From the NCBI GenBank assembly GCA_018715265.1, contig DVLX01000026.1, positions 235-64,234 on the forward strand: a DNA stretch of 64,000 nt. The letters are read 5' to 3'. The stretch's first letter is position 1. The number at the start of each line of letters is the position of its first letter. Source of the DNA: Candidatus Allocopromorpha excrementavium. Lineage in GTDB: Bacteria > Bacillota > Clostridia > Peptostreptococcales > Anaerovoracaceae. Positions 8,795 through 17,081 of the stretch are shown piece by piece. Under the pieces are notes generated by a model. It saw only the letters and a list, made by a program, of their open reading frames with translations. It did no database searches and was not told the origin of the DNA. The position numbers were made by a program, and so were the translations under genes.

Positions 8795-11418
8795 AAATAC
8801 TTTACCTTGACTGCGGAATGGGAGCGGCGGGTGATATGCTGACCGCCGCTCTTTTGGAACTTCTTCCCGATCCGGACAGTTTCATAGATAAACTAAATTC
8901 TATCGGTATCCCAGGAGCACGTTTCGCCAGAGAGTCTTCGATAAAATGCGGTATCACCGGCACACACATGTCCGTCACAGTAAACGGAACTGAAGAGGAT
9001 GAATCAATAACAGGAAATAATCCTTCCGCCCACGGACACGTCACAGACCGGCACGACCATGATGCGGAACGGCACGAACACCACCACGGAAGAAACGTTT
9101 CCGATATAGAGCATATAATCTCAAAGCTCGATATGCCCGAAACTGCAAAGGCGGACGCTATGTCCGTATACCGTATCATATCCGATGCGGAAAGCAAGGT
9201 CCACGGCGTTCCCGTCACCGATATACATTTCCACGAAGTAGGCACGCTGGACGCCATAGCGGACATAACCGCAGTTTCCCTGCTCATGAACGAGATCGCA
9301 CCGGACGAAACGGTTATTTCTCCGATCCACGTCGGAAGCGGTCATGTAAATTGTGCTCACGGCACGGTTCCTGTCCCTGCCCCTGCCACAGCTCTCATAT
9401 TGAAGAACATCCCCGCATACGGAGGCAGTATCGAGGGAGAACTCTGCACCCCTACCGGCGCAGCACTGCTGAAACATTTCGCTGATCGCTTCGGCAGTAT
9501 GCCTCCGATGAAAACTTCGGCCATCGGATACGGCATGGGGAAAAAAGACTTTCCGCAGGCGAACTGTCTGCGTGCAATGCTGGGCGAAACAGCAGAAACA
9601 GGATCTGTGAAAAATCACAGCGCTGACAGCGATGATACCGTTCTCGAACTGTCCTGCAATGTGGATGATATGACGGCGGAGGCCGTCAGCTTTGCCATGG
9701 ACCGACTCTTTGACGGCGGTGCTCTGGAAGTCTACACAGCTCCGATAGGTATGAAAAAATCACGCCCCGGCACACTGATACGAGTAATGTGCCGCGAAAG
9801 CGAACGAGAAAATATTATCAGGCTGCTGTTCAAACATACAACTACCATAGGCGTAAGAGAAACCGTGACCAGAAGACACATTCTCGACAGAAAAATCGAA
9901 TCCATAGCGACTCCTTACGGCGAAGTGCACCGCAAGATCTCGCACGGGTACGGCGTTTCCCGCATGAAATACGAATACGACGATCTTTCCCGTATCGCAA
10001 AAGAAAACGATCTGTCTCTTGCCGATACAACAAGGCTGGTAGAAAGATACGCCCCCGAGGAGGAAAAGGACATCAGGCCGCAAAAAGCATCCACCGGCTC
10101 AGGGTCTTCGGATACCCCGGCTGATCAGGAACTGTCCGAGACAGAACAAACAGAGCTTGCAGAGAAAAAACAGCGCCTGGAAAAATATCTAAAAAATCTG
10201 GAAAGCGTGGCCGTCGCCTTTTCATCAGGAGTCGATTCCACCTTCCTGCTGAAGACAGCTCACGATGTGCTGGGCGAAAAAGCTGCCGCAGTAACTGCAT
10301 TTTCACCTTCGTTTCCATCAAGAGAATTTGAAGAAGCAAGAACTTTCTGCGAAAAAGAAGGAATACGTCATCTCATCGTTGAAGCAGATGTGCTGTCCAA
10401 CGAAGATTTTGTACGCAGCCCCGAAAACAGATGCTACATATGCAAGCACGATCTTATGTCCAAAATCATAGCTGCCGCTGAAGAAAGCGGCTTTTCATAC
10501 GTTGCCGAGGGGTCCAATATGGATGATCTGGGGGACTACCGTCCCGGACTTGCCGCAATATCGGAACTTGATGTCAAAAGCCCCTTAAAAGAAGCAGGGT
10601 TGACAAAAAAAGAAATACGCATTCTCTCAAAGGAAACAGGACTTTCCACATGGGACAAGCCATCTTTTGCCTGCCTCGTTTCCCGCATACCTTACGGAGA
10701 GAGGATCACAAATGAAAAACTGGAAATGATAGAGAAAGCCGAACAGGCTCTGCTGGATCTGGGACTTACGCAGGTGCGCGTACGCATACACGGAGACCCG
10801 CAGCAAGGCTTCATCGCAAGGATCGAAACCGAGCCTTCAGATTTCGATAAAATAATTTCGCCGGGAATCTCCGAGCACATTTCTCAGTATTTAAAAAGTC
10901 TCGGTTTTCTGTACGTTACCCTCGATTTCGGCGGCTATCAGGCGGGAAGCATGAATTTAAACATAAAAAAAGATATTGAAATAAAAATATTCGACACCCT
11001 GCCTGAGTCTGCCTCCAATATCCGCAAAGACGTCTTTATACGGGAACAGAGCTTTTCAGAAGAGTTCGATGATATCGACAAAACAGCAACGCATCTCGTA
11101 GCTTTCCAAAACGGAATCCCTGCAGCAACATGCAGGATATTTGAGGATAACTCCGATCTGCCAGGCGGAGTTTCTGACGATCTGACATTTATTTTAGGCA
11201 GACTGGCCGTGAGAAAAGAATACCGAGGCAAAGGCCTCGGCGCAGATATCATGAAAAAAGCTGAGGAAACCGCTGCATCAAAAGGAGCCAAGACACTGAA
11301 ACTTCATGCGCAGTTACAGGCAAAACCATTCTACGAAAAACTCGGCTACAAACCCTTCGGCGAAATGGACCGCGAGGAAAATACTCCTCACATCTGGATG
11401 CAGAAAACTCTGGTATAG
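8791..11418 (+). CDS. Triple-domain fusion: LarC (nickel insertion) + LarE (PP-loop ATP-dependent sulfur transferase) + GNAT acetyltransferase
   Basis: One uninterrupted 875-codon ORF with three parts.
- aa 1-~425: DUF111/LarC-like (MKILYLDCGMGAAGDM), with a His-rich tract HGHVTDRHDHDAERHEHHHG.
- aa ~455-730: LarE-like (VAVAFSSGVDSTFLL PP-loop, CYIC, FACLVSRIPYG).
- aa ~730-875: GNAT (LGRLAVRKEYRGKGLG).
The ATG overlaps the larB stop (ATGA), and GGAGG lies 7 nt upstream. Confidence 0.8.
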   Translation: MKILYLDCGMGAAGDMLTAALLELLPDPDSFIDKLNSIGIPGARFARESSIKCGITGTHMSVTVNGTEEDESITGNNPSAHGHVTDRHDHDAERHEHHHGRNVSDIEHIISKLDMPETAKADAMSVYRIISDAESKVHGVPVTDIHFHEVGTLDAIADITAVSLLMNEIAPDETVISPIHVGSGHVNCAHGTVPVPAPATALILKNIPAYGGSIEGELCTPTGAALLKHFADRFGSMPPMKTSAIGYGMGKKDFPQANCLRAMLGETAETGSVKNHSADSDDTVLELSCNVDDMTAEAVSFAMDRLFDGGALEVYTAPIGMKKSRPGTLIRVMCRESERENIIRLLFKHTTTIGVRETVTRRHILDRKIESIATPYGEVHRKISHGYGVSRMKYEYDDLSRIAKENDLSLADTTRLVERYAPEEEKDIRPQKASTGSGSSDTPADQELSETEQTELAEKKQRLEKYLKNLESVAVAFSSGVDSTFLLKTAHDVLGEKAAAVTAFSPSFPSREFEEARTFCEKEGIRHLIVEADVLSNEDFVRSPENRCYICKHDLMSKIIAAAEESGFSYVAEGSNMDDLGDYRPGLAAISELDVKSPLKEAGLTKKEIRILSKETGLSTWDKPSFACLVSRIPYGERITNEKLEMIEKAEQALLDLGLTQVRVRIHGDPQQGFIARIETEPSDFDKIISPGISEHISQYLKSLGFLYVTLDFGGYQAGSMNLNIKKDIEIKIFDTLPESASNIRKDVFIREQSFSEEFDDIDKTATHLVAFQNGIPAATCRIFEDNSDLPGGVSDDLTFILGRLAVRKEYRGKGLGADIMKKAEETAASKGAKTLKLHAQLQAKPFYEKLGYKPFGEMDREENTPHIWMQKTLV

Positions 11419-11492
11419 CAGCCTGCGAATATTCTTTTAACGCCGATAAAATCAAGAAAAAATTTTCCCATACCTTCCAAAAATCACAAACT

Positions 11493-11531
11493 GCCCGTCT
11501 GAATACTCATTCAGACGGGCCGCTTTTATTC
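11493..11531. terminator. Bidirectional intrinsic terminator between the lar operon and the SPFH-RHH operon
   Basis: Perfect 12-bp stem GCCCGTCTGAAT / ATTCAGACGGGC with a 4-nt loop. A T-rich run follows on the plus strand (CGCTTTTATT) and on the minus strand (AGTTTGTGATTTTTGG). Confidence 0.6.
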
Positions 11532-11790
11532 AATTCCCCTTTTTTCTCTGCCGCACACACTCACTGAGCAGGTATTCTATCTGCCCGTTGATGGAGCGGA
11601 AATCCTCTTCCGCCCAGGCGGCTATTTCATTCCACAGACTCGGAGACAAACGCACTACCATCTGTTTCTTCGTCTTTTCTTTATCTTTTATGGCTTTCTC
11701 CTTTTTCTTTATCTCATCTTCGAGGGATTTAAGCTTTTCAAGGCGCTCCCTGAGCTTTTCCTCTTTATTGTCCATATCATCGAAACTCAT
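11530..11790 (-). CDS. Ribbon-helix-helix (Arc/MetJ-like) DNA-binding protein with a K/E-rich coiled-coil N-terminus
   Basis: The C-terminal VVRLSPSLWNEIAAWAEEDFRSINGQIEYLLSE fits a beta-strand/helix/helix RHH pattern. Start is ambiguous between the ATG at 11790 and the GTG at 11814. Confidence 0.55.
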   Translation of the reverse strand: MSFDDMDNKEEKLRERLEKLKSLEDEIKKKEKAIKDKEKTKKQMVVRLSPSLWNEIAAWAEEDFRSINGQIEYLLSECVRQRKKGN

Positions 11791-11801
11791 GAGATGTTCT
11801 A

Positions 11802-11810
11802 CCCCCCCCC
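11802..11810. repeat. C9/G9 homopolymer tract
   Basis: Nine consecutive C on the plus strand (G9 on the coding minus strand). It lies between the SPFH stop (11825) and the RHH ATG (11790). Confidence 0.95.
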
Positions 11811-11824
11811 GCACAAAATTTATT

Positions 11825-12856
11825 TTAATATAGACTTCCGCTGTTTACTATAGGCTGCGCTTCCTTATCTCCGCAGAGAACTACGAGAAGGTTGGATACC
11901 ATCGCCGCCTTTCTCTCATCATCCAGAAGCACCAGATCATCTCTTTCCAGCTTATCGAGCGCCATATGCACCATGCCTACCGCACCTTCAACGATCTTTT
12001 CCCTTGCAGCTATAGTTGCCGTTGCCTGCTGTCTCTTGAGCATTGCTGCTGCTATCTCTTCGGAGTACGCAAGGTGTGTTATCCTTACTTCTATTATCTC
12101 TATACCTGCGTCATCAGCCTTTTCCTGGAGAGCTGATTTCATCTTTTCGGCGATCTCAAAGCTTGATCCTCTGAGAGTCATTTCATCGTCATCGCCTTCC
12201 ATGCTGTCGTAAGGATAAAGTCTTGCCAGATTCCTTATGGTCGAATCGCACTGTATCGACAGATATTCCGAATAATTTTCTACGTTGAACACAGCTTTTG
12301 TAGGATTAACGACTTTCCAGATAACCACTGATCCTATTATAACAGGATTTCCCTGGACATCGTTTACTTTCTGCTGAGCATTATTGAGCGTCATCGTCTT
12401 TGTGGAAACTTTTTTACTTACCTTCGGCTTTGAAGTTTTCGCATTCTTCTTGCCGCTTTCCATAAGCTCCGCCGTTATCTCTTCGCTGAATGATGATGCG
12501 GACGGATTAAAGGCTGTGCAGAACGGATTTACGAAGTAAAAACCGTCTTTCTTTATCGTTCCGTAGTATTTACCGAAAAGGGTGAGAACGAGAGCTTCGT
12601 TCGGATTCAGTATCTTAAGGCCGCCCATGAGTATAAAGCAGAGTATCATAAGCAGCACTCCTGCCGTTATCAATACTGCCGCCATCCCGGAGGAAGACGA
12701 GGATGCCCATATCCCGGCTATTATAAGGAATACCCCCGCTAATATCCCCACGATGGAAAGTATCAGCATCAGCATTCCCGATGCCGGATTGAGATTTTTT
12801 TCAACTACATTGTTTTTCATGTTTTCCATTTCTTTTCCCATTTTTCTACCTCTCAT
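11825..12856 (-). CDS. SPFH/Band 7 (stomatin/flotillin-like) membrane protein
   Basis: Two N-terminal hydrophobic helices, then an SPFH-like core (LNPNEALVLTLFGKYYGT ... GIEIIEVRITHLAYSEEIAAAMLKRQQA). The start may instead be the ATG at 12841. Confidence 0.8.
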   Translation of the reverse strand: MRGRKMGKEMENMKNNVVEKNLNPASGMLMLILSIVGILAGVFLIIAGIWASSSSSGMAAVLITAGVLLMILCFILMGGLKILNPNEALVLTLFGKYYGTIKKDGFYFVNPFCTAFNPSASSFSEEITAELMESGKKNAKTSKPKVSKKVSTKTMTLNNAQQKVNDVQGNPVIIGSVVIWKVVNPTKAVFNVENYSEYLSIQCDSTIRNLARLYPYDSMEGDDDEMTLRGSSFEIAEKMKSALQEKADDAGIEIIEVRITHLAYSEEIAAAMLKRQQATATIAAREKIVEGAVGMVHMALDKLERDDLVLLDDERKAAMVSNLLVVLCGDKEAQPIVNSGSLY

Positions 12857-12946
12857 TTTTTATTTTGACTATATTTATATTCGCTGTACGCGCAATTCAC
12901 GATACGGCCGTTTACTTTTCCTGCATGTGCGGCAGGTTTTGTTTTG

Positions 12947-12997
12947 TTTGATATCATTTTGATATCACTATTATATCTTATAGAATCTTTTTGTCAA
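12947..12997 (-). promoter_or_regulatory. Consensus sigma-A promoter plus tandem operator-like repeats upstream of the SPFH gene
   Basis: On the minus strand: TTGACA (12997-12992), 16-nt spacer, TATAAT (12975-12970). Immediately downstream are two copies of TGATATCAAA (plus strand TTTGATATCA at 12947-12956 and 12958-12967) with an 11-bp period. Each copy contains the palindrome GATATC. Confidence 0.45.
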
Positions 12998-13330
12998 TAG
13001 CCCTATTTAATGCTTCACGATGTTTTTATGCTGTACGGCCGTCTGATCTCCCAGGATACTGCCATACAGCAGCAAACAAATAATATAAAACAATAAAAAA
13101 GTCCAACGATCCCGGCATTTGCCGTGAAATCATCGGACTTTGCTTTTTATATACCCCTCAGTATCTGCACTGTGTCATCGTAAACGCCCTAAAATAACTG
13201 CTTTACGATATTCTCGGCAAAAAATCCTCCAAAGCCTTAACAAAAACTTTCCGCAAGAGCTTTTCAAAATGATCTTTCCCGAAAACGGCTCAAAATGAGT
13301 CAATGCAGTCTGAATATATTGTAAAGTCTG

Positions 13331-14176
13331 CTATCGCAGCCTGTAGCTGTGCATATAATCGCACGGCTCACTGTAAAGTATATGCTGTGCGCCCAGATAT
13401 TTTCTTATCTCCAGATCAGCAAGACCCTTGCCGACTCTGTAATACGTAGGCATGTCTTCCCATTCAGGCTCATAGAACTTCACACTGCCCTTGCAGAACT
13501 TGGACTGAGGAGCCTTTATCTCCCACTTGTAGTCTGCCGGTTTCTCCCACTTCTTAGGGTTGAATACAGGATATGCCACATCCGGTACTGTGATATCGTC
13601 TACCGACGGAATGTATCTGTAATTCATCTTGCCCTGGCTCTGAGCTGCAAGCTTCATCATCCTGTCAGGATCTTCAGCAGGTTTGTTTACATCTATCTGA
13701 AGCTTCATGAAAGGGAAATCCCAGCTGTATGCTTTCGCTGTGTATATACCTTCATAATGTGTAAACCTTGGAATATCAGCGTATATCTTACTGTACCCTA
13801 TACCGTCTCTTCCCGCTACGATAGGATCTGCATGGTTTTCGAACATTACGAGGATCAGGTCTCCGTCCAGTTCATCTCTTTCGCCTTTAAAATGCACCGG
13901 CGTAGAGATATTTATGAGGCTGTAGGTATGTCCCGCAAGCCAGCCTATATTGGCGAATTCGCACACCTGAACACTGACAACAGGTTCGTTTGAAGTAAAT
14001 CCCTCAGGAAGCAGAGCCACTATCTGATCGGGATTAGTTTCAAATGAAACTCCGAGGCATTCCACATCAGCAGGCTGATGAAGTATCCTCTCTCCCTGCA
14101 TATTCTGCATAGTAGTCGTAGGGCCGAAAAATACCGGCTGCATATAGAATTTATCTTTTTCAAACTTAAACGACAT
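13331..14176 (-). CDS. Acetoacetate decarboxylase (ADC) family protein
   Basis: About 280 aa. HADPIVAGRDGIGYSKIYADI parallels the ADC segment around the catalytic Lys, and YRYIPSVDD parallels the ADC C-terminal beta-cone region. Assigned by recalled family resemblance only. Confidence 0.55.
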   Translation of the reverse strand: MSFKFEKDKFYMQPVFFGPTTTMQNMQGERILHQPADVECLGVSFETNPDQIVALLPEGFTSNEPVVSVQVCEFANIGWLAGHTYSLINISTPVHFKGERDELDGDLILVMFENHADPIVAGRDGIGYSKIYADIPRFTHYEGIYTAKAYSWDFPFMKLQIDVNKPAEDPDRMMKLAAQSQGKMNYRYIPSVDDITVPDVAYPVFNPKKWEKPADYKWEIKAPQSKFCKGSVKFYEPEWEDMPTYYRVGKGLADLEIRKYLGAQHILYSEPCDYMHSYRLR

Positions 14177-14321
14177 GATACCACTCCTCTCTGTTCAACA
14201 AAACATCTTGAAAGAAATCGTTTATCTTTTAACAATCCTATTATAACTCTTTGTATACAGAATTCAATATCCAAAATATGTTTTTTTAATGTTTTTTTGA
14301 TGATACTTCCGATCTTTTTAC

Positions 14322-14364
14322 GCCAAAATAAAAGTCCCGGTTTTCACAAAAGAAAACCGGGACT
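14322..14364 (-). terminator. Intrinsic terminator after the sortase gene
   Basis: Perfect 13-bp stem AGTCCCGGTTTTC / GAAAACCGGGACT with a 6-nt loop, followed on the minus strand by TTTTATTTTGG. Confidence 0.65.
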
Positions 14365-14395
14365 GCTTAAAATCCGCGTACTTATGTCAGTTTCC

Positions 14396-15169
14396 TCACT
14401 GAGGTGTGACCTGCTTTGCATCGGTACGCCTGCCGACTACAAAGAACCTTCCGTCTTCATCTTCATTGGTGCACGTAGAAAGCGTCACCAGCTGATCTCC
14501 GTATTCAGGCTCTACTCCTGTATCGTAAAGGGAAAGACCTTTCACTCCATCAACGAATTCATTGAAATCCTCTTCAGAAGTTATGCCTGCATACTGATAG
14601 TACTTGAATTCTCCGGAATTTTCAGGATATATCCTGGAATATCCCACTGCCACTATCTCGTATGTACCCTGGCCGCCTTTATATATGGTGTCGAATTTGA
14701 AAGTCTTGTGGCTCTGATAAAAGCTCTCATCATCATAATCCAGCAGATCGTGGAACATGGTGCCGTTTTTCATATTATGTCCATATATAAAGAAATTTGA
14801 AGTCGGCACAAAAATGTCGCTGGAGGCATCCATGAACGGTGTTCCTGAAGTTGCATGCTCCTTGTTGAAGTCGCGTCTCAGATAGTATTCCGGATCATCA
14901 GGCGTCCACATGACCGGATAATCTATCTTTGTGCCGTCCATCTGTATCCAGCCTATTATATCTCCGTTTTTGAGATAGAGATCGACGTACTTTCCTATTA
15001 CCGTACCCTTGTCAGTCTCCATATCTTCCCGCTGTGTTTTCAGCTTTGCCAGATCTTCAAGCGCCTGCTGCTCACGCATTCCCGTCAGGAAATAGTTGAG
15101 CAGAGTTCCCGCAGCTCCGAGAAACACTATTATACATATTACTAAAATTATCTTTCTTCCTAAGCTCAT
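14396..15169 (-). CDS. srtB: Class B sortase
   Basis: N-terminal membrane anchor, DYPVMW, FIYGHNMKNGTMF and the catalytic TLSTC motif, with SrtB-like length. Confidence 0.8.
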   Translation of the reverse strand: MSLGRKIILVICIIVFLGAAGTLLNYFLTGMREQQALEDLAKLKTQREDMETDKGTVIGKYVDLYLKNGDIIGWIQMDGTKIDYPVMWTPDDPEYYLRRDFNKEHATSGTPFMDASSDIFVPTSNFFIYGHNMKNGTMFHDLLDYDDESFYQSHKTFKFDTIYKGGQGTYEIVAVGYSRIYPENSGEFKYYQYAGITSEEDFNEFVDGVKGLSLYDTGVEPEYGDQLVTLSTCTNEDEDGRFFVVGRRTDAKQVTPQ

Positions 15170-15232
15170 AGTCTTTTTCCCTTTTTGAACAATCAGGTAA
15201 TCGAGTGAATATCATCTTCTTCACTGCTTTTC

Positions 15233-15655
15233 TTACAGGTCTTTCGGCTCTACAAGCTCAACGTCATTAGCTTTCAGTATTTCTTCAGCTTTCTTTTCAT
15301 CGCTCACCTTCATCATGATGAGCGCCTTGCCTTCATCGGATTTGATAGTCGAATAAATGTAATTCACCGCTATGCCTTCACCTGCAAGTATCTTGAGGAT
15401 ACGGTGAAGTCCGCCCGGTTTGTCTTCAAGCGATACTCCTATGACCTCTGTGATGCTCGCTGAAAAACCTTTTTCAACAAGGATCCTGACCATGGCTTCC
15501 GGATCTTCCACTATGCATCGAAGTATGCCGAAATCAACTGTTTCTGCGATGGTACATGCTTTGAGATCGATGTTGTTTTCCAAGAGTATGCCGGTGATAT
15601 CCGCCAATCTTCCCACTGTATTTTCAACAAATACAGAAACCTGCTTTACTACCAT
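15233..15655 (-). CDS. ACT-domain (amino-acid-binding) protein
   Basis: Two ACT-like repeats (VSVFVENTVGRLADITGIL ... VSLEDKPGGLHRILKIL). It sits directly downstream of paaK. Confidence 0.7.
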   Translation of the reverse strand: MVVKQVSVFVENTVGRLADITGILLENNIDLKACTIAETVDFGILRCIVEDPEAMVRILVEKGFSASITEVIGVSLEDKPGGLHRILKILAGEGIAVNYIYSTIKSDEGKALIMMKVSDEKKAEEILKANDVELVEPKDL

Positions 15656-15666
15656 TTGAATCCTCC

Positions 15667-16965
15667 TTACAGTTTTCTCGTATCCTGAACTCTAACTGCT
15701 TTTCCTTCACTTCTCGGCAGTGTTCCTTCATTGAGAAGCCTTACTTTGCAGCCGATACCCAGCATATCTCTGAGCGCATGTTCTATCCTGCCTCTGAGTT
15801 CTTCAACAAATGAAATGTTATCTATCGCAAGGCCTTCTGCAAGCTCTACGCCGAGTTCAAAAGTATCTGTATTGTGTTCTCTTCCAACGTATAACATATA
15901 GTTCATCGTAAGTTCGCTGAACTTGGCTATTACCGTTTCTACCTGTGAAGGGAATACATTGACCCCTCTGATTATGAGCATATCGTCTGTACGTCCGAAC
16001 ACTCGGCTCATCCTTACCGTCGTTCTTCCGCAGGCACACTTTTCTCTCATGAGATAGCATATGTCTCTCGTCCTGTATCTTATGAGAGGCATTCCTTCTT
16101 TGCCGAGGGTGGTTATTACCAGCTCTCCCTTTTCTCCGTCAGGAAGCACTTCGAGAGTTTCAGGATCTATTATTTCAGCATAGAAATAGTCTTCCTGTAT
16201 GTGCATTCCGTTGTTTTCACTGCAGCTTGTCGATACTCCCGGACCCATTATCTCAGACAGCCCGTATATATCATGAGCTTTTATTCCCAGACCTGATTCT
16301 ATCTGGTCTCTCATTCCCTGAGTCCAAGGCTCTGCTCCGAACACACCTGCTGAAAGCTTGAGTTCATCAGGCGCTATACCTGCCTTTCTGACACCTTCAG
16401 CTATCGTAAGAGCATATGAAGGAGTGCAGCAGAGTATGTCGCTTTTCATATCCTTTAAGAACATTACCTGCTTCTGAGTGTTTCCGCTGCTCATAGGTAT
16501 TACCGTCGATCCTATGGTTTCCGCACCTATGTGGGCTCCAAGACCTCCTGTGAAAAGTCCGTAACCATACGAAACGTGTACTACGGATTCAGGAGTAGCT
16601 CCCGCCATGGTAAGACCTCTTGCAACACATTCTCCCCACATTTCCAGGTCATTTCTCGTGTATCCGGCGATCTTAGGCTTTCCTGTAGTTCCCGAAGATG
16701 CGTGAATCCTTACGATATCCTTTTTAGGCATAGCGAAAAGGCCTGTCGGATAATTGTCCGCCAGATCTTCCTTGCTGTTGAACGGAAGCCTGGTTATATC
16801 TTCAAGGCTCTGGATGTCTTCCGGCTTCACGCCGAGTTCATCCATCTTTTTTCTGTACGGAGCTACATTTTCATATACATGCTTAACTGTTTTCTTGAGT
16901 TTTTCAAGCTGTACAGTCCGCATGGTCTCACGGTCTGCACATTCCATTTTCTCGTTCCAAATCAT
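15667..16965 (-). CDS. paaK: Phenylacetate-CoA ligase family (aryl-acetate adenylating enzyme)
   Basis: MIWNEKMECADRETMRTVQLEKLKKTV, SSGTTGKPK and GRTDDMLIIRGVNVFP motifs. The ATG at 16965 gives the usual ~432 aa. The track's longer start at 17061 is the alternative. Confidence 0.85.
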   Translation of the reverse strand: MIWNEKMECADRETMRTVQLEKLKKTVKHVYENVAPYRKKMDELGVKPEDIQSLEDITRLPFNSKEDLADNYPTGLFAMPKKDIVRIHASSGTTGKPKIAGYTRNDLEMWGECVARGLTMAGATPESVVHVSYGYGLFTGGLGAHIGAETIGSTVIPMSSGNTQKQVMFLKDMKSDILCCTPSYALTIAEGVRKAGIAPDELKLSAGVFGAEPWTQGMRDQIESGLGIKAHDIYGLSEIMGPGVSTSCSENNGMHIQEDYFYAEIIDPETLEVLPDGEKGELVITTLGKEGMPLIRYRTRDICYLMREKCACGRTTVRMSRVFGRTDDMLIIRGVNVFPSQVETVIAKFSELTMNYMLYVGREHNTDTFELGVELAEGLAIDNISFVEELRGRIEHALRDMLGIGCKVRLLNEGTLPRSEGKAVRVQDTRKL

Positions 16966-17081
16966 ATACGTTATTTTCCTTTCGATTTTTTCATATATTT
17001 CAGGCTGCATAATATCTGTCAGCAGTCCTGTATATGTCTTTTTATCATGGGTATGACCCATCGTATGCGGTCTCCCGGATC

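Noticed and set aside
13095-13150. Imperfect hairpin with flanking A/T runs, about 190 nt downstream of the ADC-family gene; considered as its terminator.
   Set aside because: The stem has two mismatches in 11 bp and lies far from the stop codon. It is plausible but too weak to list as a feature.
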